Positions 8,661 to 18,904 of a DNA stretch of 64,000 nt are shown one piece after another. This DNA is from an uncultured candidatus Porisulfidus sp. (GTDB lineage: Bacteria > Pseudomonadota > Gammaproteobacteria > Poriferisulfidales > Poriferisulfidaceae): positions 512,001 through 576,000 of the forward strand of contig OZ241993.1 in NCBI GenBank assembly GCA_965204575.1, in the 5' to 3' direction. Numbering within the stretch: the first letter of the stretch is position 1; each line of letters opens with the position of its first letter. The position numbers were made by a program, and so were the translations under genes. The notes beneath the pieces were generated by a model. It was given only the letters and a program-made list of their open reading frames with translations, did not search any database and was not told where the DNA came from.

Positions 8661-9807
8661 TGTTCAATGCGGCGTTTACATCCGCATCGTCCGTGTGCCC
8701 GCAAACGGTGCACTTGAATTCTGACTGCGAAGGACGATTCTCCTTCGACACATGCCCACATTGATGGCACGTCTGGCTAGTGTACGCCGGACGCACCTTG
8801 CGCACCTCCATCTTGTAGCTCAGGCAGTTCTCCAACACGCCCCAGCAGGAAACTAGGATCTTTCGATTCAGCCTGGATTTCGCTTTAACATGTTTACCTT
8901 GTTTCTCCGTCGTGCCTTTGGCCGATTTCGTCATGTCTTTGATGTTCAGATTCTCAATATAAGCGAGGTCGTACCGCGAGGCGATGCCTTTACTGGTGTG
9001 GTGCGCCCAGTTCAGACGGGCGAAACGTTCCGCTTGGTATGCCTTCTGCAACCGCACTTTCGTAATCTTCCGCCGATTGCTTCCTTTCATCTGACGGGTT
9101 ATTTTGCGCTGGTATCGCTTCCTCCGGGCGATCTTCTTCTCAATATCCGGGCCTGGGTGTTTGGTTCCATCAGAAAGAACCGCCCAACGGCCATCCGACA
9201 CATTGCGGTCAATCCCAACCTCCCTTATAGCGTGAGGAAGACTACCCTGTATGCTTACTTCGTAAGTCAGGTAGGCGTACCAGTTCCCGCACTCATGCCG
9301 GATTCGCCCGGACTTGAACTCGCCATGCGGATACGGGTTAGCTCCTGCAAGTTTCATCCACCCGATCTTTTGCACATACAGGCTGTCGCCGGAGATTCTC
9401 GCAGAGACATAATTGATCGGAAACGAAGGTCTGGTGGTATGCTTGCCATGGAATCGTGGAGGTTTCCGGTTGAGTTTGCCTCCTGCCTTCACATCGGCAA
9501 AGAACGCTTTGTAGGCCATCTCAATGGGCTGAAGGGAATTCTTGACGATATAAGCCGAATAACCCTGCAACCACTTGTAACTGTGTTGTCTAAGTATTGT
9601 GAAAGTTTTCCCTAGTCCCGGTGTCGGAACGGTTTTCGTGGACATAAAGTAGAAGTTGCATGATCCCCAAGCTTCATGTTCATCCCTGAGCTTCCCAACC
9701 ATGTGGTTCCAGACGAACCGACAGGCTCCAGCAGTGCCATGCAACTGCCGATGCTTTCGGCTTGAGCCAGGATACAGGCGATAGCGTACGATGCGGTGGG
9801 TTTTCAT
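8518..9807 (-). CDS. tnpB: RNA-guided endonuclease TnpB (IS200/IS605 family, no tnpA nearby)
   Basis: YRLYP..GACRFVWN HTH; RuvC-I GIDRNV, RuvC-II IENL, zinc finger CHQC..CTVC, RuvC-III DADVNAALNIL, all catalytic acidic residues present; start placed at ATG 9807 (ORF track 9822). Confidence 0.95.
   Translation of the reverse strand: MKTHRIVRYRLYPGSSRKHRQLHGTAGACRFVWNHMVGKLRDEHEAWGSCNFYFMSTKTVPTPGLGKTFTILRQHSYKWLQGYSAYIVKNSLQPIEMAYKAFFADVKAGGKLNRKPPRFHGKHTTRPSFPINYVSARISGDSLYVQKIGWMKLAGANPYPHGEFKSGRIRHECGNWYAYLTYEVSIQGSLPHAIREVGIDRNVSDGRWAVLSDGTKHPGPDIEKKIARRKRYQRKITRQMKGSNRRKITKVRLQKAYQAERFARLNWAHHTSKGIASRYDLAYIENLNIKDMTKSAKGTTEKQGKHVKAKSRLNRKILVSCWGVLENCLSYKMEVRKVRPAYTSQTCHQCGHVSKENRPSQSEFKCTVCGHTDDADVNAALNILAFGNGAAGRGGGGQPRERVARPVKRQEIGKSGRDLSANFPLSFPQ
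8532..8553 (+). repeat. Inverted repeat, copy 1 (ATAAAGGAAAGTTGGCAGACAG)
   Basis: 20/22 identical to the reverse complement of 9832-9853. Confidence 0.9.
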
Positions 9808-9813
9808 CAGGCA

Positions 9814-9842
9814 ATTCTCCATCGGCGAAGACTGCCTGTCAA
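9814..9842 (-). promoter_or_regulatory. sigma70-like promoter of tnpB, predicted leaderless
   Basis: TTGACA (9842-9837), 17-nt spacer, GAGAAT (9819-9814), 6 nt, ATG 9807; overlaps an imperfect hairpin 9808-9838. Confidence 0.6.
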
Positions 9843-9853
9843 CTTTCCTTTAT
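9832..9853 (-). repeat. Inverted repeat, copy 2 (ATAAAGGAAAGTTGACAGGCAG on the minus strand)
   Basis: 20/22 identical to 8532-8553; contains the TTGACA -35 box. Confidence 0.9.
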
Positions 9854-9891
9854 AGTTTTCTCTAATATTTCTCTTTTAGACCGACCTTATC

Positions 9892-11115
9892 ATGCCTCCC
9901 CCCGCACCCTCCAACAACTCACACGGCAGGTTGCGCCGGTTTTTCCCATCGAGGCGGCAAGGGCTCTGGTCGATCGGCGTCCTCGGCCTGTTCGGCTTCG
10001 CGGCCTATGCTTTGGTTGCCACCGCGCCGCAGCCGGAAGCAGTCCTGACCGACCTGCCAAGTCTCACGGTAGAAACGTACACGGTGGTGCGGAAGGATAT
10101 CGCACCGCATGCCACCTTCACGGGCCGCCTGCAGCCGCGCCGCAGCGCGGCATTGCGCTTCGAGGTTTCCGGCCAGTTGCTGCATCGTGCGGCTGAACCC
10201 GGGATGACCGTTTCCGCCGGCGACACGCTACTGGTTCTCGACGACCGGGACTTCAAGGATCGGGTACGCACCGCCGAAGCGGAATTGCGCCTGGAGGAAA
10301 GCGGCATCGAGCGGGACCGGGTCCAGCTGGAACAGGCGACCCGGCATCGCGAACTGCAGCGCGAAGAAGTTGCGCGTCACACGCGGTTGGGCGAGCGTTC
10401 GCTGCTCTCGCAGTCTTCACTCAACGCCGCCGAGCAGAAACTCACCGAACTGGAATCGCGGGTGGCCGAACTGACGCATTCGGTCGAGACGGGCGAACAG
10501 CGCCTCGCGTTGAAACAGGCGAAATTCGACCAAGCCCGCCGGGATCTTGCCCGAACCCGGCTGACCGCACCCTTCGACGGACGCGTCAACACCGTGCTCG
10601 CCGAAGTCGGCGACCGCATCACCGGCGACCAGACGGTGGCTTCCGTGGTCGATGTGACGGAACTGGACTTCTACGTGGAAGTCGACGGCGCCACCGCCCT
10701 TGCGCTGGAACTCAACCAGGAAGTCACGGTGAAAACCGGAGAGGAAGAGCGCCCCGGCATTTTGGTCGCCCTGCAGACCGATCCGGACCCGCGCACTTTC
10801 ACGCATGCGGTTCGCATCCGGATCCCCGGCGACCGTGCCGCGCCGGGGCAGTTGGCCGTTGCCCGGCTGCCCCTGCCGATCATCAGGAACGCGCTGGTGG
10901 TGCCCGTGGAGGCCCTGCGAGTGGATGCGGCCGGCCAAGCCGTGTTCCGTATCGAGGGGCAGTCGCTGCAGCGCATCGCGGTCACGCCCGGACCCCGCGT
11001 CGGCCCCTGGCAGGTGATCGAGTCGGAATTGGAGGAAGGAGACCAGATCGTCGCCCGTGACGCCGCGGCCATGGATGTCCGTCGTCCCATCCGCGTGCGT
11101 GAACGGACGCCATGA
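9892..11115 (+). CDS. RND efflux periplasmic adaptor (MFP)
   Basis: N-terminal TM segment, lipoyl halves (FEVSGQL..; LTAPFDGRV), long alpha-hairpin, LVVPVEAL; start uncertain. Confidence 0.9.
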   Translation: MPPPAPSNNSHGRLRRFFPSRRQGLWSIGVLGLFGFAAYALVATAPQPEAVLTDLPSLTVETYTVVRKDIAPHATFTGRLQPRRSAALRFEVSGQLLHRAAEPGMTVSAGDTLLVLDDRDFKDRVRTAEAELRLEESGIERDRVQLEQATRHRELQREEVARHTRLGERSLLSQSSLNAAEQKLTELESRVAELTHSVETGEQRLALKQAKFDQARRDLARTRLTAPFDGRVNTVLAEVGDRITGDQTVASVVDVTELDFYVEVDGATALALELNQEVTVKTGEEERPGILVALQTDPDPRTFTHAVRIRIPGDRAAPGQLAVARLPLPIIRNALVVPVEALRVDAAGQAVFRIEGQSLQRIAVTPGPRVGPWQVIESELEEGDQIVARDAAAMDVRRPIRVRERTP

Positions 11116-14100
11116 TCCGTTTCTCGCTGCACAACCCGCTACTGGTCAACCTGGTGCTGGCGCTGGTGCTGGTGCTGGGCTTGCTGGCCTGGCATTCCAT
11201 GCCGCAGGAGGTGTTCCCCACCTTCGATCGCGACATCCTTCAGGTCCGCACCACCTTCGAGGGCGCCTCGCCGGAAGAGGTCGAGCGCCAGATCACCATC
11301 CCGATCGAGGAAGCGCTGGATTTTCTCGTCGACATCGATTCCGTCACTTCACGCTCGCAGGAAGGCCTGTCCACCATCCAGTACAAGCTGCTGGAAGGCG
11401 CCGACCCGGACGAATTGCTGCGCGAGATGCGCACCGAGATCGACTCCATCGAGGATTTTCCGGAAGATGCCGACACCCCGCAGGTCAGCCGGCTCAAGCA
11501 TCTGATCCCGGTGATCAGCATCGCCCTGCACGGCGAAGCGCCGATGTCGCTGATGTACGACGTGGCCGACGAACTGCGGCGGAACCTGCAACAGATTCCC
11601 GGGGTTTCCGGCGTCGGCGTGACCGGCAAGCGGGACTGGGAAATGTGGGTGGAACTGGATCCGCACGAACTGGCTGCGCGCGGGGTGACTTTGGATGAGA
11701 TCACCGCAGCGCTACGCGGCAACCTGCGCGATACGCCAAGCGGCATTATCCGCAGCACTGAAGGCGAGATCCTGTTGCGCGGCATGGGCGCGAAAAGCGT
11801 CGAGGCGATCGGGGAAGTCGTGGTGCGGCACAACGCGCAAGGCGGCCAGTTGCGGATTCGCGACCTGGGCCGGGTGTCCATGCAGCTGGAGGAACCGATC
11901 ACCATGGGCCGGTTCAACGGGATGCCGGCCGTCAACATGACCATTTCCAAGAGTGCCCACGCCTCCACCTACGAGGTCACCACCCGGGTCCGCGAGGAGA
12001 TTGCGCGGTTTGTGCCGCCCGAAGGCGTGCAAGCCAGCTTTTTCATGGACATGTCCCGGTTGATCGAAACCCGCGTCAACACCGTCCAGGCTTCCGGCAT
12101 GGTGGCGCTGGTGCTGCTGCTTTTCTCGCTGTATTTCCTCCTCAACTTCCGGATGGCCCTGATTACCGCGATGGGAATTCCCGTAGCCATGCTGACCGCC
12201 GTCATCGTGATGGCGCTGCTCGGGTACAGCATCAACATGGTCAGCATGTTCGCGTTCCTGGTCGTGCTCGGGCTGGTCGTGGACGACGCCATCATCATCT
12301 CTGAAAACACCCACCGTCACATGGAGGAGGGAATGGAAGCGCACGAGGCCGCCTATATTGGCGCGCGCGAGGTCATGTGGCCGGTGCTGGCTTCGATCTT
12401 CACCACCATTGCGGCGTTTCTTCCCCTGCTCGGCGTCTCCGGCATCCTGGGCAAGTTCATCGAGGTGATCCCGGTGGTGGTGGTCGCGGCGCTGGCCGGC
12501 TCCCTGCTGGAAGCTTTCCTGATCCTGCCCTCGCACGCCGCAGAAATCCTGAAATTGCGGCATACCGAGCACAACACGGAGCGTTGGCACGCCTTCCTGG
12601 ACCGCTACCGTTCCCTGCTCAAGTGGAGCATTCAGAACCGCTACCTGGTCGCCAGCGCCACGATCGGCGTACTTGTGGTCACGCTGGCCTTCATGTTCAC
12701 CCGGATGCCTTACACCCAGTTCGACGATGTGGAAAGCAACCGGTTCCTCGTCAATATCGAGGGCCCGAACACCTACGGCCTTGCCGACTCCGACGCGCTG
12801 GCCGAGCGCATCGAAAACGTCATCTACGAAGTGGTCGAGCCGCATGAACTGAAGAGTTTGCAAACCAATGTCGGGGTGAACATGATCGGCTTCGACCAGT
12901 ATGCGGTCAGCAGCCACTACGTGCAGATCAGCGTCAACCTGACCGCTCCAGCGCCCGATGGGTGGATCGAGGCCTACGTCTCCCCCCTGATCAACATGAA
13001 ATTCCGGAACCGGGGCGTGCGCGAACGCACGACCGAGGAGGTCCAGGCTGAAGTCCGGGCGGCACTGAAAACGGTTCCGGGAATCCAGCGCATTGCTTTC
13101 CAGGGCGATCAGGCTGGCCCCGCCGGCGCCGACATTGAGGTTGGCGTTATCGGACCGGATCTCGGCCTCCTCCAGCATCACGCCGAGCAAGTCCGGAACT
13201 ACCTGGCCCGCCTTCCCGGCGTCGAAGACGTCCGGCATGACTTGGAGCCCGGGAAAATCGAATACCAGTACGCCCTGAACTCGCGCGGGCGGGAACTCGG
13301 CATCACCCAGACCGAACTCGGCACTGCCGTCCGCATGGGATACCAGGGGACCAAGGTGATCTACATCAGCCAAGGCGACTTGCGCGTGCCGGTCCGGGTG
13401 CTGTACCCGCACATGACGCGATACGACTCCGCGGCCTTCGACCGCCTGCCCATCACCACGGACAGCGGCACGGTCTATCTCGACGAGGTGGCGGACATTA
13501 CCACGACCCGGGGCCTGTCCACGGTGCGGCGGCGCAATGCCGAGCGGATGGCGACCATCACGGCCGAAGTGGACCCGGCGATCACTTCGCCGGGCGCCGT
13601 CTTGACGCTCCTGAACAATGAATTCGCCCACCGCTTCCAGTCCTTGAGCGACTATCAGATGATCTACCTGGGCGAGAAACGCGAGACGGACATCGCGGTC
13701 GTCGACATGAAACGCGCCGCCGTTGCGGCGCTGGCGATCATCTTCTTCATCCTGGCCGCCCTGTTCCGGTCCCTGCTCGACCCGCTGGTGGTGATCGCCG
13801 CGATCCCGTTCGCACTGATCGGGGTGGTGATCGGCCATTCCCTCGCCGGGATCCATTTGCAGTTCCTGTCATTGATCGGCATGCTGGCGCTGGCGGGGGT
13901 CGTGGTCAACGACTCCCTGATCCTGATCAATTTCGTGAAGCAGCTTCGCCAGCGCGGCCATGAACGCATCGAAGCGGTGCTGCTCGGCAGCCGGGCGCGG
14001 TTCCGCGCCATCCTGTTGACCACCGTCACCACCTTCTTCGGCGTGTCGCCACTGATCTTCTTCGCGAGCGGGCAAACCCGGTTCCTGGCGCCGATGGCGA

Positions 14101-14234
14101 TCAGCCTGGGAGTCGGCCTGGTGTTCGCCACCGTGTTAATCTTGTTGGTCCTTCCCTGCTTCTACCTGATCATGGACGACTTCCGGCGATGGCTGGCCAG
14201 CCTGCGGGCTCGCCTTCAGAGGGTCCCCGCATGA
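11112..14234 (+). CDS. RND efflux permease (AcrB/AcrD/AcrF family)
   Basis: 1040 aa; GASPEEVERQITIPIEEAL, GLVVDDAIIISEN, RFRAILLTT. Confidence 0.95.
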   Translation: MIRFSLHNPLLVNLVLALVLVLGLLAWHSMPQEVFPTFDRDILQVRTTFEGASPEEVERQITIPIEEALDFLVDIDSVTSRSQEGLSTIQYKLLEGADPDELLREMRTEIDSIEDFPEDADTPQVSRLKHLIPVISIALHGEAPMSLMYDVADELRRNLQQIPGVSGVGVTGKRDWEMWVELDPHELAARGVTLDEITAALRGNLRDTPSGIIRSTEGEILLRGMGAKSVEAIGEVVVRHNAQGGQLRIRDLGRVSMQLEEPITMGRFNGMPAVNMTISKSAHASTYEVTTRVREEIARFVPPEGVQASFFMDMSRLIETRVNTVQASGMVALVLLLFSLYFLLNFRMALITAMGIPVAMLTAVIVMALLGYSINMVSMFAFLVVLGLVVDDAIIISENTHRHMEEGMEAHEAAYIGAREVMWPVLASIFTTIAAFLPLLGVSGILGKFIEVIPVVVVAALAGSLLEAFLILPSHAAEILKLRHTEHNTERWHAFLDRYRSLLKWSIQNRYLVASATIGVLVVTLAFMFTRMPYTQFDDVESNRFLVNIEGPNTYGLADSDALAERIENVIYEVVEPHELKSLQTNVGVNMIGFDQYAVSSHYVQISVNLTAPAPDGWIEAYVSPLINMKFRNRGVRERTTEEVQAEVRAALKTVPGIQRIAFQGDQAGPAGADIEVGVIGPDLGLLQHHAEQVRNYLARLPGVEDVRHDLEPGKIEYQYALNSRGRELGITQTELGTAVRMGYQGTKVIYISQGDLRVPVRVLYPHMTRYDSAAFDRLPITTDSGTVYLDEVADITTTRGLSTVRRRNAERMATITAEVDPAITSPGAVLTLLNNEFAHRFQSLSDYQMIYLGEKRETDIAVVDMKRAAVAALAIIFFILAALFRSLLDPLVVIAAIPFALIGVVIGHSLAGIHLQFLSLIGMLALAGVVVNDSLILINFVKQLRQRGHERIEAVLLGSRARFRAILLTTVTTFFGVSPLIFFASGQTRFLAPMAISLGVGLVFATVLILLVLPCFYLIMDDFRRWLASLRARLQRVPA

Positions 14235-14968
14235 ATTTCCGGATTGCCTTGACACTGGCGCTGATGGTGGCGGGCTCCGGCGCACCCGCGCAGGAGGAAG
14301 ATGCCGAATTCCCGTTGTCGCACGCGGCCGTACGCCTAATGCTGGAGCAGGCCGACGACGCCGCCCTGAAAGCGCAGGAACGCCATTTCCCGGAACATTA
14401 CGACACCTTGGTGTCTCAATTGGTCGAACTCCAGCGGGCCGATGATCCGGAGCAGGCCAGCCTGGCGCTGGCCCGGGCGTCGCGGCAGAACTGGGCCCGG
14501 TACAACGAACTGGTGCGCCAGGGCGACCCGGCCGACTGGCGCGAACTGGTGATCAAGCGGAGGGATTTGTTCGCATTGATCGGCAAGACCGATGGCGCCG
14601 AACGATGTCTTGCCTACGAATACCAGGGCACGCAAGCGCTGACCACCAGCGGCAACCCGGCCTATCGGAAGCCGGCGAGCGACTATATCGGACTGTTCAT
14701 CAACACGGCGGCGCGGGCGCGGAGTGCGCCCCGGCAATGGCGGGAGACCCAAGCCGCGGATTTGGACCTGCTGTATGCCACCCTCGAAGCGCAGGAACCC
14801 GATCCCGCACTGCTGGCCGCCTTGCGCCCCGAAGACGCCGTGCATCCGCGGTTCTGCGAAGCCATGGTCGCGGTCATGGATGCCGCCCTGACGCTGGAGG
14901 GCGAGCCGGGAGCCTTGGTTTGGCGGTTTCTCGTGACGACGGGAAACGTAGAGAAACCCGAGGACTAG
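14231..14968 (+). CDS. Hypothetical exported protein
   Basis: ATG 14231 overlaps the RND stop; Sec-type signal peptide ([20 protein letters not shown]); host-like codon usage. Confidence 0.75.
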   Translation: MNFRIALTLALMVAGSGAPAQEEDAEFPLSHAAVRLMLEQADDAALKAQERHFPEHYDTLVSQLVELQRADDPEQASLALARASRQNWARYNELVRQGDPADWRELVIKRRDLFALIGKTDGAERCLAYEYQGTQALTTSGNPAYRKPASDYIGLFINTAARARSAPRQWRETQAADLDLLYATLEAQEPDPALLAALRPEDAVHPRFCEAMVAVMDAALTLEGEPGALVWRFLVTTGNVEKPED

Positions 14969-14996
14969 GGGTCGTTCCGCGTTTTTCAGCGCACCT

Positions 14997-17009
14997 TCAC
15001 AGCAGCGGCGCAATCACCAGGCTGACGATCGCCATGACGTTGATCAGGATGTTCATGGACGGCCCGGACGTGTCCTTGAACGGATCGCCGACCGTGTCGC
15101 CGACCACGCAGGCATGGTGCGAATCGGAACCCTTGCCGCCATGATGACCCTTCTCCACATATTTCTTGGCGTTGTCCCAGGCTCCGCCCGCGTTCGCCAT
15201 CATCAGCGCCAGAAGCACGCAACCGAGCAACGCCCCGCCGAGCATCCCGCCTAGCGCCTGCGGGCCCAGTCCGAACCCGACGACCACCGGCGCAATGACA
15301 GCCAGCGCCCCGGGCGGGATCATCTTCCACAGCGCCGCCTTCGTCGCAATATCCACGCAACGGACCGTGTCCGGTTTCCCGGTGCCTTCCAGCAGGCCCG
15401 GAATCTCCTTGAACTGGCGGCGGATCTCCTGGATCATCTCGAACGCGGCGTCTCCCACCGCGGTCATGGTGAGCGCCGCGACAATGAACGGGAACGTCCC
15501 GCCGATAAACAGGCCGACCAGCACCAGCGGGTCGTTCAGCCGAAGCTCGATGGCGTCGCCCTGGCCGTGGGCGACTTCAGCCAGGAACGCCGTGATGATG
15601 GCCAGCGCCGCAAGCGCGGCGGCGCCAATCGCGAACCCTTTCCCAATCGCGGCCGTCGTGTTGCCGACTTCGTCGAGCGTATCGGTGATGTGCCGGGTTT
15701 CCTCGCCCAATTCAGCCATTTCCGCAATGCCGCCGGCGTTGTCCGCCACGGGCCCGTAAGCATCGATCGCCATGGTCATGCCGACCGTGGCCAGCATTCC
15801 GACCGCGGCGATGCCGACCCCGTAGAGGCCTGCCACCATATGCGCGAAATAAATGATGGCGGCGATGGACAGTACCGGCACGGCCACCGACTGCATGCCG
15901 GTTGCGAGGCCCCGGATCATGACCGTGGCGGGGCCGGTCTCCGACGCGTTGGCGATCCGCCGCACCGGCGAACCCGCCGTGAAATATTCCGTCACCAAGC
16001 CGATGATGATGCCGCCGACGGCGCCGGCCAGCACCGCGATCCAGATGCCGGAAGCCAGCTCGAAGTAGCCGATGATGAAGTGCGCCAGCACGATGAACAG
16101 CACGGCCGAACCGAAAGTGCCCAGGCGCAAGGCGGCATCAGGCCGGCTGTGCACCCGGCTGCGGACCAGCAGGATGCCGATCATGGAGCACGCGATCCCG
16201 GTCGATGCCAGCGCCAGCGGCAGGAACATCAGTACCTGCTGGGGACCCAAATCCGCCAACACCATCGCCGGCAGGGTGGACGCCAGGGCGATGGTCGCGA
16301 TGATCGACCCGCAGTACGACTCGAAGATGTCCGACCCCATGCCGGCGATATCGCCGACGTTGTCGCCGACGTTGTCGGCGATCACTCCCGGATTCCGGGG
16401 ATCGTCCTCCGGGATTCCCGCTTCGATCTTGCCGACCAGGTCCGCGCCCACGTCCGCGCTCTTGGTGTAGATGCCCCCGCCGACACGCGAGAACAGAGCC
16501 ACCGAAGAAGCGCCCATGCCGAAGCCGTGGATGATATGCGCGGTCGCCGGATCCTGTCCATAGATCAGGTAGAGCGAGCCCAGGCCCAGAAGGCCGACCG
16601 CGGCAATGGTCAGGCCCATGATCGAGCCACCGTAAAAAGCCAGGGACAGCGCGGTCGGGGCGCCCGCCATGTTGGCCGCCACGGCCGTGCGGACGTTGGC
16701 CCGGGTCGCCGTATACATGCCGATGAGGCCGGCGAGCGACGAACAGACCGCTCCCGTCAGGAAAGCGGCCATGGTGTGGACCCCCAGATCGGACAAGGCG
16801 ATCGCAACCGCCACGACCGCGGTGAACAGGTACATCACCAGATATTCGCGACGCATGAACGCCATGGCGCCCTGCTGGATTTCCCGGGCAATCTCGACAA
16901 CCCGTCCGTGGCCTTCAGGGTAGCGCAGGATGATGCGGTACAGAAGAAGGGCCGCCAATAGTCCGGCAACCCCCAGCACCAGCGGCATGTGATCAAGTGA
17001 AACGTTCAA
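14997..17009 (-). CDS. hppA: Membrane-bound cation-translocating pyrophosphatase, K+-dependent type
   Basis: [39 protein letters not shown] (Ala form), [14 protein letters not shown]; TTG start with AGGAAGGAG RBS. Confidence 0.96.
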   Translation of the reverse strand: MNVSLDHMPLVLGVAGLLAALLLYRIILRYPEGHGRVVEIAREIQQGAMAFMRREYLVMYLFTAVVAVAIALSDLGVHTMAAFLTGAVCSSLAGLIGMYTATRANVRTAVAANMAGAPTALSLAFYGGSIMGLTIAAVGLLGLGSLYLIYGQDPATAHIIHGFGMGASSVALFSRVGGGIYTKSADVGADLVGKIEAGIPEDDPRNPGVIADNVGDNVGDIAGMGSDIFESYCGSIIATIALASTLPAMVLADLGPQQVLMFLPLALASTGIACSMIGILLVRSRVHSRPDAALRLGTFGSAVLFIVLAHFIIGYFELASGIWIAVLAGAVGGIIIGLVTEYFTAGSPVRRIANASETGPATVMIRGLATGMQSVAVPVLSIAAIIYFAHMVAGLYGVGIAAVGMLATVGMTMAIDAYGPVADNAGGIAEMAELGEETRHITDTLDEVGNTTAAIGKGFAIGAAALAALAIITAFLAEVAHGQGDAIELRLNDPLVLVGLFIGGTFPFIVAALTMTAVGDAAFEMIQEIRRQFKEIPGLLEGTGKPDTVRCVDIATKAALWKMIPPGALAVIAPVVVGFGLGPQALGGMLGGALLGCVLLALMMANAGGAWDNAKKYVEKGHHGGKGSDSHHACVVGDTVGDPFKDTSGPSMNILINVMAIVSLVIAPLL

Positions 17010-17042
17010 GGTTCGGCTCCTTCCTATGGAGTTGGGGGTGGC

Positions 17043-17273
17043 TCAACCGCCCGTAACAGGAGGGAAAAAGGCGATTTCGTCACCGTCCTGGATTTTGGCG
17101 TCAAGCGCAGCATGCCGGGCATTGATCGCTGCCAACACCCTTGCATCCGGTTCCTGCTTGACCAAGGCTTTCCAGACGTCCTGCACGCAATCCAGGCCGT
17201 TCGCCTCGATTTCAACGCTTTCGCGACCGATCCGGTCACGGAGGCTGGCAAAAAATCGAACCGTGATGCTCAT
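17043..17273 (-). CDS. moaD: Molybdopterin synthase sulfur-carrier subunit (MoaD/ThiS family)
   Basis: 76 aa; ITVRFFASLRD...DGDEIAFFPPVTGG with C-terminal GG. Confidence 0.92.
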   Translation of the reverse strand: MSITVRFFASLRDRIGRESVEIEANGLDCVQDVWKALVKQEPDARVLAAINARHAALDAKIQDGDEIAFFPPVTGG

Positions 17274-17361
17274 GGGCAGGGGCTTTGTTACGGAGCATTT
17301 TACCCCTGCAAGCGTTTTGCGTCGGTGCCAAGACACGCAGGCATCATGCGATAATGAGCCG

Positions 17362-18873
17362 ATGGATCGTTGCCGCCCCACTATCCTGGTCATCCTGGAC
17401 GGGGTCGGCATCAACCCCGACCCCCAAAACAATGCCTTGGCCCAGGCGCAGACTCCGCGGCTGGACGCCCTGTTCTCCGAACATGCGTTCACCCAGTTGC
17501 AAGCCAGCGGTGCCGCAGTGGGCCTGCCGGACGGGCAGATGGGAAATTCCGAGGTCGGGCACATGATTATGGGGTGCGGGAGCATCGTCCTGCAGGATCT
17601 GGTCCGCATCGATCAAGACATTCGTGACGGCTCATTCTATGAAAACCCGGTTCTGCTGGAATCTGTCCGTGAAACGGCCGCGCGCGGCAGCCGGTTGCAC
17701 CTGCTTGGCCTGGTGTCCGACGGCGGGGTGCATTCCCACGTCCGTCATTTGCTCGCGTTGATCGAACTGGCGCGACGTGAGAGCGCCGTGCCACATGTCC
17801 ACATGTTTACCGACGGGCGGGACGTCCCCCCGCAAAGCGCCTTGGACTACCTGCCCGAACTGGAGGCAGCGCTCGAAGGCCTCGGCTCCGTCGACACCGT
17901 GTGCGGCCGGTATTACGCGATGGATCGTGACCGCCGTTGGCCGCGCACCCGGCGTGCTTTCGAGGCGATTGTCCATGGGCGGGGAGTTTCTGCGCCGGAT
18001 GCGGCCGCCGCCATCCGGCAGGCTTATTCAAAAGATCTCGGCGACGAATTCATTGAGCCCGCCGTCTGCGCGGGTGCCGCGCCACTGGCACCGGAGGACC
18101 TCATCGTGTTCTTCAATTTCCGAAACGACCGCCCGCGGCAATTGGCGGAGAGCCTGAGCCGACCGATTTTCAAGGAATTCGACCGCGGGAATTACACACC
18201 CGCGAAACTGGTGACGATGACTGAATTCGGCCTTGACCAGGGCGTGCCGGTTGCGTTCGAGGAGGCCCAGCCCGAGGTGACGCTGGCGGAAATCGTCAGC
18301 CGTCAGGGTATCCCGCAGCTGCATTGTGCGGAAACCGAAAAATACCCCCACGTTACGTTCTTCTTCAACGGCGGGCGCGAACCGCCGTGGCCGGGAGAAC
18401 AGCGCGTGATGCTGCCTTCGCCGAACGTCGAGACCTACGACCAATGCCCGGAGATGAGCGCAGAGGCAGTCGCGGATGCGGTGGTCGACGCCATCCGCAG
18501 CCAGCAGTACGGATTCATCCTGGTCAACTTCGCCAATGCCGACATGGTCGGCCACACGGCGCAGGCAGACGCGATCATCCGGGCGATCGAAGCGCTGGAT
18601 GCCCAGGTCGGGCGGATCGTCGACGCCGCGGAAGAACACGGCATGGCCCTGATGCTGACCGCCGACCACGGCAATTGCGACGAGATGATCGATGCGGACG
18701 GGCGCCCCCACACCCAGCACACCACGCATCCGGTTCCCTGTGTCGTCATGGACCAGTCCGGGCGCCACCTGCGCGACGGCGGGGGGCTTGGAAACGTCGC
18801 ACCGACCGTGCTGGACCTGATGGGCCTGGAGCGCCCGGCGGGAATGCCCATGGACAGCCTTCTGACTGCTTGA
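17362..18873 (+). CDS. gpmI: 2,3-bisphosphoglycerate-independent phosphoglycerate mutase
   Basis: LVILDG, GQMGNSEVGH, SDGGVHSH, AETEKYPHVTFFFNGG, DMVGHT, TADHGN. Confidence 0.97.
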   Translation: MDRCRPTILVILDGVGINPDPQNNALAQAQTPRLDALFSEHAFTQLQASGAAVGLPDGQMGNSEVGHMIMGCGSIVLQDLVRIDQDIRDGSFYENPVLLESVRETAARGSRLHLLGLVSDGGVHSHVRHLLALIELARRESAVPHVHMFTDGRDVPPQSALDYLPELEAALEGLGSVDTVCGRYYAMDRDRRWPRTRRAFEAIVHGRGVSAPDAAAAIRQAYSKDLGDEFIEPAVCAGAAPLAPEDLIVFFNFRNDRPRQLAESLSRPIFKEFDRGNYTPAKLVTMTEFGLDQGVPVAFEEAQPEVTLAEIVSRQGIPQLHCAETEKYPHVTFFFNGGREPPWPGEQRVMLPSPNVETYDQCPEMSAEAVADAVVDAIRSQQYGFILVNFANADMVGHTAQADAIIRAIEALDAQVGRIVDAAEEHGMALMLTADHGNCDEMIDADGRPHTQHTTHPVPCVVMDQSGRHLRDGGGLGNVAPTVLDLMGLERPAGMPMDSLLTA

Positions 18874-18904
18874 GCCTAGATCGCTGGAGGAACTTCCAGC
18901 CCGG

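Larger units (their letters stand above)
8518..9853 (-). mobile_element. tnpB-only (IS1341-like) element, ends approximate
   Basis: Visibly lower GC than flanks; only tnpB; bracketed by a 22-bp imperfect inverted repeat; no target-site duplication seen. Confidence 0.65.

Noticed and set aside
8518-9822. tnpB as an inactivated TldR-type regulator or as a Cas12 with CRISPR array
   Set aside because: All three RuvC acidic residues are present, and no repeat-spacer array or cas genes are nearby
11712-13856. 714-aa minus-strand ORF (likewise 36166-37962, 43773-45791, 58325-60049)
   Set aside because: Long antisense ORFs opposite well-supported genes are expected with high GC3 codon usage
17026-17361. 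N-terminal extension of gpmI in the ORF track
   Set aside because: Overlaps moaD on the opposite strand; the family N-terminus starts at 17362
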